Of a DNA stretch of 64,000 bases, positions 27,025 through 40,926 are shown piece by piece. Source of the DNA: Octopus vulgaris (Eukaryota); the NCBI GenBank assembly GCA_951406725.2, contig OX597827.1:50220001-50284000 (forward strand), read 5' to 3'. The number at the start of each line of letters is the position of its first letter. Position 1 is the stretch's first letter. Under the pieces are notes generated by a model, which was not told the DNA's origin, did not search any database, and worked only from the letters and a program-made list of their open reading frames with translations. Position numbers and translations under genes: made by a program.

Positions 27025-27432
27025 TAGAGAGATAGAGAGATATGTATATATATGTATGTACGTGTGTGAGTGGTGAGAGAATGTGCAGAGCTTTATTTTA
27101 TCAATCAATACTTATTGTGATTTATTATATGCCGCTTACATATAATTGCATCTGTTCTTAGTTGGCTAGGAATGCCGCATTCGGAGTCTGAATCTCATGA
27201 ATGGTAACAATATAGAAACACGTATTCTACTGTCGTATTATGTCATTCATGGTTTACTAGGCGTGTTTTCGCACACATTAACGTCAAGGAGAGTTTCTGC
27301 CCGAAGACAGCTACGGCAGCGAAGGTCTTTTCTGGTTTGAGAGTATACAAAAGTCTTAAAATTTATTTCAATCATCGTCGCATAGCGTGACTTTAATTAG
27401 AACACCCTTCACACACACACACACACATGTAT

Positions 27433-27543
<111 letters not shown>

Positions 27544-27850
27544 ATGTACACTGAATGCACAATTTGGTGTGCCACTAAAATCCCCGTATAAACCAGAGCA
27601 GAATATGCGATTTCGTGACTACTTTTCTAAAGCAGTTAGAAATGGCTGCCCCTTGAGCAGGTGTGTATAGACTAAAACAGAAACGAAGAGTTTGGTGAGA
27701 ATTGACAAGGACATTTAACTTAGCCATATAATGATATAATATGATATAATAAAACACGTTTTTATTATATTATATAGCTATATTAAAAGTCCAATGTCTT
27801 TGTGAAGTCATACCAAACTGTTCGCCATTACGTTTCTGGTTTAATCTATA

Positions 27851-28016
<166 letters not shown>

Positions 28017-28163
28017 AGATCTTAAGATAGTTTTTAACATGAAACAAACGGTAGCCTAATAAACAAATAAAGAATCTTTATGCACCAATAATGCACCGTT
28101 GAGCACTCATTCTCATTGCTCAACTTTTACGCATATATATACATATGTACACACACATATATA

Positions 28164-28213
<50 letters not shown>

Positions 28214-28343
28214 ATATTAGGGAGTATATCCAAACTTACAGGGAAAAATTAGATTTATGATTAAATCAAATTTCACAGTATAAATATAAATTAAATTAGA
28301 GATTAGAGTTGCCTAATAGTGGTTTTATCTCTAATTTATATAT

Positions 28344-28475
<132 letters not shown>

Positions 28476-29619
28476 CGTATGTATATGCGCGTGTCTGAAT
28501 GCATATAAGGTTGTCATATATTTGGTAGCGCCCCATTAGAAGTATCAAAGTAAAATATACATACTTCTTTCACAAATAGAAGTAATATTCGTATTTGGTT
28601 TGCAAATTTCTGGATGTGCATTCGTGTGTTGAAACAAATTTTGTTTGTGTTCTTTGGAACGTCATTATGCCAATGATAATCAACACACGCACTGGTTCAA
28701 TATCACTTCTTTATTGTTAGTTAATTGGTTACATATCTAACCAGCTAAGTAATCAATCGTTTGTTTAATGTTTTGGTCATACAAATCAGTTTGTTTATCA
28801 AAGCACTTTCGTCGCTAATCGCAACCTCATTAATGACATGCCTCCCATTTTCAAGGTCTGGGAATTTTTCTTATTCCTGTGTGTATGTATTCCTGTATAT
28901 GTAGATGTGTGGTTGCTTACAAGAGAAGGAAGTGTCAGAGTAATTGAAGAAAGAGTGTGTTCCTGGGTGTGTGTACGTGCGTGTGGTGCATGTATGTGTT
29001 TGGTAGTGTGTTACACTGGCGTGCCTGCCCGTCTCTATTTTTGAGTGTTTGTGTGTGTGTGTGTGTTTATTACATTGGCCATCCGTAACCTTTAAAAGGG
29101 TTCGACCTTTTGTTCAAGGTCAATTCGGTCTTAGATCTGCTGGGATTTGCTTGTAAAGGTTTATGGGTATAGCTCCTTATGTGGAGAAGAATAAAGGGGG
29201 TGGAAAGCGTGTGTGCACGCTTGAGTGTTTACTTATGGGTGTGCATTCCAGTGTGTGCCTTCCAATGTGTGTGCGTGTATCAGTGTTTTCAGTGTAAGCG
29301 CCTGTATGTCAGTGTATGTGCGTTCTTGTGTGTGTGTATGTGTCGTGTGTGTACGGGGATGTGTGTGTGTAGTTGCGTGCTCGTGTTCTTGTGTGCGCGC
29401 GCTTATGCGCGCGTGTGTGTGCGTGCATTCTCTGCGCGCGCGCAGATATGTATGTTTGTGTATTGTTATTGTTCATAATTACGTTTTTGAGTGGATTTTG
29501 TTGCATTCTGCTGTCATTCTAACCTTACCTTATGTATATCCCTGCCTATACATGCACACTTACCCGTTCAAACACACGGGCGCGCACACGTGTACATATT
29601 ATATATATATCTATATCTA

Positions 29620-29717
<98 letters not shown>

Positions 29718-29718
<1 letters not shown>

Positions 29719-31299
29719 TAGCAGAGAGACCCGGCATTGCCCGGCAATGAAATTTTTTGTAATATATTGTCAGAAAAGAAGCAAAATATGATGTATAGAA
29801 ACTTGTTATTCTACATTCAATTTATTCTTCAATTGGGATATAATTTATTCTTTCATTGGAAAATCCATTCTGAATTCATAATAATAATAATAATAATAAT
29901 AATAAACGAAAACACAAAATGTACTACTTTTATGAAAGGAGATAAATTCTACCACATATGTTGAAGGAAATTATGTAAGAGCTTCAGGGTAAAGAACATT
30001 CTTTGTTTTCTGATTTGGATCATAGACAACTAAGTCTTGCAAACTACGTACCCTGGAGCAACCAACATAAAAGTGACCATGAGAAAAGCAAGCCAATAGA
30101 TTTCAAAGACTGACCTTGAGCTTTATTAATAGACATCGCAAAGCAAAGTCACACTGGGAATTGTGTTCGTTTGAACTCAAAGAGCATGTCTGTTGGTTTG
30201 ATTGGAATTCTTGGAAAAAAAACCTTTTCCCCAGAGGCAATCCAATAATGATGGTAGCTTCTGTCACATTAGGTGATAATGTCTCCACAATCAACCTGGT
30301 CCCATTGCATAATTCAGGAGGATCTAAATTTCTTAGAAGTATTATTGGGACTCCGACCTTCAGAAAAAGTTTATGTGGAGGAATTTCATGTGGCTCAAGA
30401 GAATTAAGGAACTCTTTCGGGTAATGCATAGCTTGAAATTCAACAAGGACTGAATCAACTGATTTGTACTTCTTAATGACTGTTGGAATCTCATTCATTA
30501 ATTTATAGTTAATTCTTGCTCCTGTCTCCTTTTTTGGAGTAAGAATTGTCCTTGCACGCAACCGTTTATGTGAATTATAATTATTACTTAAGTCTAGCAA
30601 TGTCCTGTTCTTCAATTCAGCTGGGGAATTCCCCATTATAGCAATATGAGCCAAACTGATATCACCATTCCCATTAAATGGTACTTTACCATTTCTTAAT
30701 TAGAGGAGCCAGGTCAAAAACTGTTTTGCACATTAGTTCCCATGTAATGAAGCTTGCACGTTAGTATTGAAGGAGAATTTAAGTACTTTATTCTTTAGGC
30801 GTGAAGACTTAATGCATGCTTTTATTTCATCAAATCTTATTCGTCTCCGAATGACTGGCAATGTCTGTCTGAAGTTTCCTGATAAAACTAATGTAATTCC
30901 TCCCATGAATTTATTGTTGCCTCTGATGTCCTATAAGGTCTTACAATTGCACCTCTATGTGACATGGTACATTCGTCCCAAATGATAAGGTGGCAATGGC
31001 ACAAACTTTTGCTGAATCTGAATCTTTGATTATTTTACAAATTAGACTGTCACTTATGACCAGGTTTAGTGGTTAATTTAAAAGCAAAATGAGCTGTTCG
31101 TCCTCCTGGGAGAATGGTGGTAGCAAAGCCAGACAATGGTACAGCAACTGTAATTTTCTCGTTGCTTTTGGAGAGAAGCAATGTTAAAAATGTCTTACCT
31201 GTGTCACCAGGAGCATCAATAAACGATTGTGGAACGTCGCACGCACACACACACACACACAGATACATATACATATAGTATCAATCATCAGATGAAATG

Positions 31300-31333
<34 letters not shown>

Positions 31334-32985
31334 CGAGAGAGAAAGTGAGTGAAGGGGTGTGTTGTCATGTATACGTACATACATAAATAAATAGGCATAC
31401 ATTTTTCTTGTATGTATGTGTGCGTGTGTGTGAGAGAGAGAGACCGAGAAAGAGAGTACTACTTAGACATTACTCTCTCCCTCTGTCACACACATACATA
31501 CAAAAAAGATGTGTGCATATGTATTTATGTGTAGACGAATACATGACAACATACCCCTTCATTCACTCGCATACACAGACACACACACCATACATAAATG
31601 TATACAAACGTACATACAAAAACACGTGTGCGTATGTGACTGCCTACAAATACATAGAGCTGAACATGGCGTGAAAAAGAAAATAACTTTTACGTAAATT
31701 AACGAAGTGTACGAGTTCCAGCAAAATAATGCCCATATTTTTTGGACGCCCCATGTTGAATTGCAAAATTTTAACGTGATAGGTGTGTAATTAAGAAACC
31801 AAACCTGGAGTGTGTGTGTGTGAGAGAGAGAGAGGTGGGGGAGAGAACATTGCAAACAATGAATGAGATGGACATGGAATGAAAAAATCGTATGAATGAA
31901 AGCACGTTGAACACTATTTTGTACCGAATGTTTAAATTTGTGAACTTAGTAAATATTTATTTCAGTAATTTATCGTAGTTGTTTAGAAATAGCGAATTAA
32001 AACTTGAAATGAAAACATTGAAATTAGACAGGGACAGACTTCGCCATTTTTATGTCAATACTGGAAGTTGACATTGAGAAACCTTTTTAAAGAAGTGAAT
32101 CTAATCTAATAATATTCCAAGGTATATTTGTAAAGAATGTCATTAAAAGATATCCATTTTCTTGAAAGTTAAGACGAATAAAAGTAGACTCCAGTGAATT
32201 TTCAGAAAATCCTTAACCCCTCCTAAACACTTACCCCCACAAAAAAAATTATATATTCAAAATCATGAAGATACAACACATATTCAAAGAAAATTTTATT
32301 AAAAAATATCCATTTTTCTGAAAGTTATTATCATAGAAATTTGTGGGGTGGAACAGAAATCTGTAGTTATGCCGACACCTTTGACACTTTCCTTCTACGC
32401 ATGGATGGTTATATATGTATACAAAAATACACGAGTGCAGAGGATAGTAAACAATGAAAATAACTTTGTAACGGAAATAATGTTTCTTAATACGACGGGC
32501 AGAAAGTGAAATAAGAAATGTTAACGGAAAATAAAGTATTGTACGGATTGAAGCGAAATGTGTCACTCAGTGAACCAAAGAGCCAGTATCGAAGGAATCA
32601 GAAAAGAACCGTCAACAACAGAGAAGCACTAGACCGTACGGATTGAAGTAAAATTTATGAAGATACTTCTGTCAGTAAATTATGAAATTACTTACATCAG
32701 AAATTGTAAACTTCTTTCTGTCAGTAATTTGTCGTTGTTTGTTTGTAAATAGCGATTCAAAACTTAGACTTACAGTGGAAACAATAGTATGGAAATTAAG
32801 CAATGGCGTATGAAAATTGAAAGTTAAAAGAACAGCGTCTGAAAAATGAAAGTGAAAACAAGCGATATAGATAGAGAGATATATTACAGAGAGATATATT
32901 ACAGGGAGATAGAGATAGATAGAGATAGAGATAGATAGAGACTATCAAGTGATTGTTTATATACACGAAAACGTTTTCTTATAGA
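29718..32985 (-). mobile_element. Decayed Helitron with PIF1 helicase remnant (~29985-31230)
   Basis: 3' hairpin CCGGGCAATGCCGG plus CTAG|T at 29718. Motifs FIDAPGDTGKTF, LPGGRTAH, GNFRQTLPV, PPHKLFLKVGVPIILLRNLDPPELCNGTRL and FSHGHFYVGCSRV. The 5' end (A|TCTATAAG at 32985) is tentative. Confidence 0.85.
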
Positions 32986-34668
32986 TAGAAGCTCATAATT
33001 TTGGGTAATTAACAACTTCATTTAGTATAGGCTAAGTACGGAAACATTGATTGTATTATATGAGATGCAAACAATAAAATTTGCGATTTCATTAAGTGAT
33101 TGTTTTCAAAATCAACAGAGTCTTCAGATGGTGACTATTTAGGTTAAATATATAGTTTCTTATTAGAAATTATATATTTAGGTTAAATATATAATTTACC
33201 TGATATATAGAGAATGAATAATAAATCCTAAATGTCCAGAACTAGAATATTGAAATGATGTCTCCCCAGAATAGCTGTTATTATGTAACAACGTAAAGTA
33301 TGGAAACATATTTGCAAAAATCGTATAATATGCTATTCGTATTCAAAAATCTCTGGTAAGGAACAAAAGAGATAATAACAAATAGCACATGATCCGGAAC
33401 AATACTAAATATGCGGGTTTCTTAGATGTTCTATAACACAATAACATGTGTCTCTCTTTTTCTTACTGTTTTTTTAAAGCACAAGGAATATAAAACAAAG
33501 CAGTTTCTAAAATCTTTTTTTCAGATTGTTGAAAATATTCATAAATTTCTATCAAGGAAGAATCGTGAGTTTACTGTACAGCATTGCATAATATGATACA
33601 AACTGCTTCGTAAGCAATCAATAATAATTGAAACTAATGGTAGAAATACGCAAAAGAACGAATATCTGTTACCTAGGGCACAATCACAAAACTCTCACAG
33701 AACGCTTTTTGTGCATGATGAGCAAAACTAAAATGGCACAGATATGTGTTCTACAATCCTCTATCTGTTCATTAACGATCTGCTTATCAACATCCATTTC
33801 TTACCAAATTCTTAACTATCTCTCATACAAGCATCATCCACATCTACTCGACCTCACGCAGGTCTCGTACAGAAACTTCGAAAACACTTCTAGTGGTAAC
33901 ATGACAATCATGTGTTCTTTGACAACATCAAGGTGGAATTGCTAAAAATATCAAGGAAGCATTCTCTCAACACAACACAGTGCTTCAACCATCCATCTCA
34001 TTGTAAATGCTAGGTAACTCCATTTTCTCCAAGTGATCATACAAATTAAACATTAAAACCTATATCTCAAAAGCTACATTCTTTTTTATCCAGAGATAGA
34101 TAATATTTCAATCCTGATTAGTCTCTGACATTGTACTCTCTACATTATTATACTGCTCGCTTATCCAGGATAGTGCTACTGTTACATACACAATCACCCT
34201 AGATACCATAAAAAACACATTCTTGTGATTGAGAAATATTCATTTAAAGGCAACATGCAAACATTAGTCGACAGAGGTATTATTTCCTCTAAATGTTTCT
34301 TCTAGTATAACCTACAATATCTTTTGCCTTTCTCATCTAACAAACTGGAAACCACCTTCATCCCCTACCAAGCCTTTGCACAAAGACATCAATCCACAGA
34401 TGTTCATGATGAACATCAATTGCATTGATCTCACGACATTATGAGACCCTGACCCTTTAAGCCATCAGCTCTGATATTCTCTGGCACTTTTGATAGACTA
34501 TTTTGGAGAAACTAAGATCTTATTTCTTTGGAGAAGTAACAGACTTTTTTCTTTGTACGGCCCAAGAAAATAAATTTTGTAAGCAATATTTGTTTCTGAT
34601 AGAAGAAGAAATCTCTTTCTGGAACAACACTTAATACACATTCCAGATTTTTCAGTGATCTTCAGAGG

Positions 34669-34742
<74 letters not shown>

Positions 34743-35000
34743 AAATAAGGTGGCGAACGCTGAGGAACATTAACAGTAAAAAAATGACAGGAGAGGAGAC
34801 AGACAAGAATACGTCTGGCCTGTGCAAGAAACCGGAAGAAAAGAAAGATGAACGCTTGTGGGAAAAAAATGGACGATGGTCACGTGCGAGCAACAAGAGA
34901 GTAAAGGAGGAAGAGGGAGAGAGATGAAGGAGAGAAAAAAGAAGAATTACAGAAAGGAAGAGAGAAAAACGTAAGGGTAGATATATATATATATATATAT

Positions 35001-35051
<51 letters not shown>

Positions 35052-35086
35052 ACAGAGAGTCGCATCAAAATTATTAAGATAAACTT

Positions 35087-35852
35087 ACTTGGAAATGGAT
35101 GCGTGGCTTTCAATCATACAATAATATAAATAAAATGTATACATAGGCATATATGCATACATATATGTGCATACACCGAATTGGTCGAAATGTGGTGAAG
35201 ATAAACAGCCGACAACTGATGAAGGGTTGTTCTTTATGTTACTTGTCTTGTATTCCATTTGTTTCTCTCGTCGTTTGCAAAAGGTGTGTCTTTGTCCTGT
35301 ACCCATATATGAAATATATATATATATATATATATATGTCAGTATGCAAAAGGCGCAGTAGTGGCTGTGTGGTAAGTAGCTTGCTAACCAACCACATGGT
35401 TCCGGGTTCAGTCCCACTGCGTGGCATCTTGGGCAAGTGTCTTCTGCTATAGCCCCGGGCCGACCAATGCCTTGTGAGTGGATTTGGTAGACGGAAACTG
35501 AAAGAAGCCTGTCGTATATATGTATATATGTATGTGTGTGTGTTTGTGTGTCTGTGTTTGTTCCCCTAGCATTGCTTGACAACCGATGCTGGTGTGTTTA
35601 CGTCCCCGTCACTTAGCGGTTCGGCAAAAAGAGGCCGATAGAATAAGTACTGGGCTTACAAAAAGAATAAGTCCCGGGGTCGAGTTGCTCGACTAAAGGC
35701 GGTGCTCCAGCATGGCCGCAGTCAAATGACTGAAACAAGTAAAAGAGTAAAGAGAGTAAGAGTATGTACATATATGTATGTACATATGCCGATATATATA
35801 TTTTTTTTATTTATATTAGTATATCACTGAACGCCACGCATCCATTTCCAAG
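35087..35852. mobile_element. PLE-terminus-like fold-back element interrupted by a SINE
   Basis: 35087-35173 is the inverted copy of 35762-35852 (CTTGGAAATGGATGCGTGGC versus GCCACGCATCCATTTCCAAG). Same family as 21860-22145. Confidence 0.65.
35351..35762 (+). mobile_element. Full-length SINE family A
   Basis: High identity to 1602-2005, with an (AAGAG/AGTA) tail. Confidence 0.92.
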
Positions 35853-36538
35853 AATATATATATATACACATATTTTGTTTTTGGATAATCAAAGGAATTC
35901 AACTTTAACTGATTTTTACGTTTTATTTGCAATCTTATAATATCATAAGATAATATAATGAAATGATAGAATATTAAATGTCCATTCTGATTGAATTAAT
36001 ACTGTCATGCATTAAACTATGCAATCTTCAAATTCATATAGAAGTGGTGACAGTTTTTTTTTACAATTTACAACTAAAATGTGTGCCCTAAATACATTTG
36101 TATATGCTGCAGAATGCTAAATTTTGCAAACTGCATTCTGACCAATCAGTGTGTGGCTTCACTAAATTACTTAAGTTTATTGGTGTGTGGTTTAGGCGTC
36201 ACGGTTTGTTGAACCTGTCAAGTGGACTGTATTTTGGCCCTGGCCAAAGCAGTAGTAAACAACATTTCCCTTGGATTTTAAAATTTCAATTATCATCATC
36301 ACCATTATTATCTCCTCCATTATTGTCGTCGTTGTTGTCGTTATTGTTGTTGGTGGTGGTGGTGGTAGTTATGGTGGTAGGAGTAGCTGTGGTAATAGAA
36401 GTTCAAACCCTAAATAAGATTAATTTTACTGACTTTTCTCTTGACTTAGCTAGTATTTTCCTGCTATCATCATCATGAGAACCTTTAGTATGGTTGTTGT
36501 TGTTAGTGGTAGTGGTAGTAACAGTAGAAATAGTACCT

Positions 36539-36539
36539 C

Positions 36540-36574
<35 letters not shown>

Positions 36575-37466
36575 TAGCTTGGGTTGGAATTTATCAATAA
36601 AGTTCTTTTCTTTGATTTTCCTCTCGATTTCACTTGGAATGTGTAGTTTGAGGAATGGAAATATAAATATTTTCCAACCACATGGTGCTAGATGGTTACT
36701 CAAAGGTATGTGACAGACATTTGGGTCTCTCATTTGCTGTCGGTACACACGTGAACGTTCTGATAGTGCATTTCCAGTCTGACTCACATATAGTTCTTCA
36801 CAATTCGGACATTTGAAGCAGTAAATTAAATTTCGGCTTTTGCAGTTCATACTTGCGTTTGTGAATATATTTCCAGTTTTGGTGTTCATATATTGGCCGG
36901 TATGTATGATTTGGCATGTACCACATCAGCTATCATTGCATTTAGATACAGTGAATGATTTGGTATTTGTTGCTAAAGTGAAACCTTGCCTTTGTTAATA
37001 ATTTTTTCAAGTTTTATGCTGTCTTTTGCTAAGAACCTTAGCTCGATCCTTGATTATATCTTTTCATTCATTACTTTGAGCAATGATTGGTAGGTTTGCT
37101 TTGGCAATGTCGAAGACACTCTGGTGTTGTGTCACAATAAATGGTATTACTTGTTCTTGCTTTCCTCTTTTTGGGGTTGTCCTACGTTGTATGGGAATTT
37201 TTTATAGCCTGCTGTATGCCATTTTCTATAAGTAGAGACGGGTATATTTGTTTGAGCAAAATCTCTCTTAGTTCTGTTAGGCGTTTGTTCCTGATATTCG
37301 CATCTTCTACAATGGTACAAATTCTTCTGGCTAGGCAGCATAGGATCTTACGTTTTGTATGTGGTGGATGGCACGACTTAAAATTCAGGTATTGATGCGT
37401 GTCCGCGTGTTTATAATATATATCTGTGGTAATGGTGGTGTCCTTTATAATTACCACTATGTCTTG

Positions 37467-37468
<2 letters not shown>
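36539..37468 (-). mobile_element. 5'-truncated PLE (RT thumb plus GIY-YIG endonuclease)
   Basis: TTDIYYKHADTHQYLNFKSCHPPHTKRKI..LARRICTIV and CKSRNLIYCFKCPNCEELYVSQTG. Truncated at (TA)n. Confidence 0.9.
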
Positions 37469-37505
<37 letters not shown>

Positions 37506-37507
<2 letters not shown>

Positions 37508-37935
37508 CATCATCGTTTAACGTCCGTTTTCCGTGCTAGCACGGGTTGGACGGTTCGACCGGGATCTGGGAAGCCAGGAGGCTGCACCAGGCTCCAGTTT
37601 GATCTGGCAGTGTTTCTACAGCTGGATGCCCTTCGTAACGTCAACCACTTCGTGAGTGTAGTGGGTGCTTTTTACGTGCCACCGACACAGGTGCCAGGGG
37701 AAGCTGGCAGCGGTCACGATCGGTTGGTGCTTTTTACGTGCCACCGGCACAGAAGCCAGTTCTGGCATTCCGGCGGTTACGACGATGAGACTTCCAGTTG
37801 ACCCGATCAACAGAACAACCTACACTTGAAATTAATGTGAGAGTGGCTAAGCACTCCACATACATGCGTACACTTAGCGTAGTTCTCAGAGAGATTCAGC
37901 GTGACACAGGCTGTGACAAGGACGACACTTTGAAG
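37506..37935 (-). mobile_element. Composite SINE remnants: family D 3' part ending GGACGTTAAACGATGATGA joined to a family B 3' part
   Basis: 37506-37765 contains GAAGGGCATCCAGCTGTAGAAAC and a (GAT)n tail. 37763-37935 is the reverse complement of the 10920-11078 region. Confidence 0.7.
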
Positions 37936-38307
37936 TTCACACTATACGCGTACGCTAAGAGAATTTAAAAGTACATATAATCTCTATATCGCTTGCTTTC
38001 AAATTCAAAATACCAATCTCGTCTCATATTGTGAAGAAATAATTACCTCCCTTTGCAATAGCGGTTACGTGTGTGAGCGTACACAGACAGACAGACATAT
38101 ACACATGCACACACACACACATGCACTTTTTGCAATATATCTAAGTATCCCATCTACCGGAGACAGTGTCGTATTAGCGCAGTGCTAATGATGCATGTTG
38201 AGAGAAAAACACTTATCTACAGCTTTCTTTCATGTCTCACGTCAATCATTCTGCCTTTTCTTGATGGCATGTCCATTATAGAAAATCTTTGTTCGTTAGA
38301 TCATTTC

Positions 38308-38340
<33 letters not shown>

Positions 38341-38345
<5 letters not shown>

Positions 38346-38548
38346 AAATAAGAAAATGTAGGAATAGATTTCTTTCAATCATCAACTTCCAGATAATACC
38401 AATTCATATAATTTATTAACTAATTATTTATATTAAATAGCAACGTTCCTATTTAATATAAATAATTAGTTAATAAATTATATGAATTGGTATTATCTGG
38501 AAGTTGATGATTGAAAGAAATCTATTCCTCCATTTTCTTATTTTGTAT
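38341..38548. repeat. Near-perfect palindrome, 100-bp arms and 8-bp spacer
   Basis: 38341-38440 versus 38449-38548 with one mismatch by eye. Starts directly after (TA)n. Confidence 0.95.
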
Positions 38549-38743
38549 TATGAATTTGAGGTAAAACATTTTTCCTTCGCCCGTATAATACAACAAATGA
38601 AATAATTGCATTGCAATTCTTAGCATTTGTGTATTAGCCTTCTGGGTACTTTACTGGCAGTATATTGGATAAATGATATCCCATAGTGGGTAACACTCAT
38701 AACCCCTATCTCAGTTTGTACTATCTCAGTACAAACCCCTATC

Positions 38744-38786
38744 TCAGTGTTGATTGAGATAAAGGTTCTGTCTCTAAAACTACTTA

Positions 38787-38821
<35 letters not shown>

Positions 38822-38848
38822 TAAAGGTTCTGTCTCTAAAACTACTTA

Positions 38849-38898
<50 letters not shown>

Positions 38899-38940
38899 TA
38901 AGTAGTTTTAAACACAGAACCTTCATCTCAATCAACACTG
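38744..38940. repeat. Direct plus inverted ~35-48 bp repeats around two (TA)n tracts
   Basis: GAGATAAAGGTTCTGTCTCTAAAACTACTTATCTG occurs twice (38756, 38818), then inverted as CAGATAAGTAGTTTTAAACACAGAACCTTCATCTCAATCAACACTG. Confidence 0.9.
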
Positions 38941-39289
38941 AAAGATTTTATACCCGAGCACTCCATAAAATATTAAATATTAAATCTTATACTAACTATA
39001 TCTGTTCTGAATCCCGTATTTTCCGTTTATAAGGCAGTAAGACAAAGTATGACATAAACACGATAACAACAAAAAGTTCAACTCTAAAATCAACAATAAA
39101 AGCAAGTCGTACTTAATCAAAATGATTCAGCAATAGCAAACGGAGAACAAATTGCGAATGTTCAGGCGGACGATATAATAAGAGCTAAAATTACATGTTT
39201 AAATAGATTATGAAGCTATAGGTAATAGTGTTTCAAGAGGAATTCAATTTCACTAAGGTAAGTAGGTTAAAATCATATAAACTAATTAT

Positions 39290-39680
39290 TTTTGGAAAAA
39301 AATTTAAAAGTTGATAAATATTTATGTCTACAAAGAATAATGACATCCGAGATCTTATTAAGTAGATTTTTTTGTCAGCGCGGAATATATTGATCGTTTT
39401 TTTTTTTTTTGACATAATTTATAATTTCTGATATGTGTATTGTATGGTGTAGTTTTCTTTATAGTAGACCAATCGAGACTGAATTCTTTATTACGCATTT
39501 TTAATTTATTAATGTGGGTAGCTAATGCGGTTGAGGTCTTTGTTTCTAGATTAATAAATGAGTCTGTGTGCCCCCTATATCTAGTCTTAAAGACAGTCGT
39601 ACTTCCTATGTATATCTTCTTTCATTAAGGGTTGAAACCTCAACTTTATATACGGCATTTCTCCATAAACAGAATCCCTT
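39290..39680 (-). mobile_element. PLE GIY-YIG endonuclease remnant
   Basis: YIGSTTVFKTRYRGHTDSF..STALATHINKLK..LDWSTI..PYN..KLC. Confidence 0.75.
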
Positions 39681-39684
39681 TAAG

Positions 39685-39729
<45 letters not shown>

Positions 39730-40599
39730 GATAGATATATACAGAAAGATAGATAAATAGATACACAAACAGACAGACAAATAGATAGATAAATAGATAG
39801 ATAGAGAGAGAGAGAGAAAGATAATGAGAGAGAACAAGAGAGAGAGGGGGGAGACATAATATTTAAATTCAGAAATATATGTGAGGGGTAAATATTATTT
39901 AATAAACACAATACTTAAATATGACCTAGAAATAGTTTGATGCCATAGGAACGCAATAATTCGACATTTTTATACATCATGTTGTATGCCTGCGTGCTAA
40001 CTTTAAGGCTTAAATTCACATGCTTCGTCTTATTTGAAAAACAGAACGCTGGTCTATAAGAAAATATGAGTAAAACGTGAAGGTTGATGTAAAAACTGGA
40101 AGCAAAAAGTGAATAAAAAGGGAAAAAGAAAGAAAAGAAAGACAAGCAAGAATTGTGTCCCCTGTGTTCGTCGAAATTATGATTAATCTGGTTTGGAATA
40201 TTTCAGCTGGGAAGAAGCCAAGGTCTGGGAAACAGCTGCTCAATCTGTAGAGGGTGGTGTCCTCCATTTTGACAAAATATATTTGTACGTATGCTTGCAT
40301 TTGCTAAAGGTTTCGGATCTGAAATCAAGTATTCTTGAATTTAAAAAGAATGAGGAGCGATCTTTCAACAACACATGTCTTGCATCTCATTGATTTATTT
40401 AAAATAGCTTAGATATTTCTCCACGATGTTCCACCTGGGTCGAAATCATAATTATTCTAGCTGGATGAAGACCGTTGTGTGTCTATAAAGATAATAAGCG
40501 TACAGTTTGGGTTTGATGTGGTGACTGTACACAATTATTCCTGAAGGTCTGAACATGCGCAAAATTTGTTCTAAGTTTGTTTTCCAGTATGCTCGGTAT

Positions 40600-40926
40600 T
40601 GAAGATCTTGACAGAGATGGGCATCAGAACTGTTCTTGACCCTCTCTATAGTCCAGGTCTCTTTCTGTGACTTTGGGTCGTTCCTCAAGATGAAAGAGAG
40701 TGTCTTAGAGATAGTCGTTATGAAGATGAAGGTAGCAGTGACCAAAGTTCTGGACACCTTCACTTTAGAGGAACTCCGTGAAGTCTTCAAGAAGTGGCTA
40801 GGAAGCTACAAGAAGTGCATTGACTTTAAGTGAAAGTATCCTATATGGAGAAGATTAGAACTATGTACTCTGAAATTAATAAATGTCTTTCCTGAAAAAG
40901 TCTGAAAACTTTTGAATGCATCTTGT
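40600..40926 (+). mobile_element. Mariner transposase C-terminal remnant with right terminal repeat
   Basis: PLYSPGL..CDFGSFLKMK and FKKWLGSYKKCI. End sequence AAAGTCTGAAAACTTTTGAATGCATCTTG. Confidence 0.65.

Noticed and set aside
33000-34500. Possible decayed LINE or PLE coding sequence (also 40950-41990)
   Set aside because: Composition suggests an old retroelement, but I could not read diagnostic motifs reliably.
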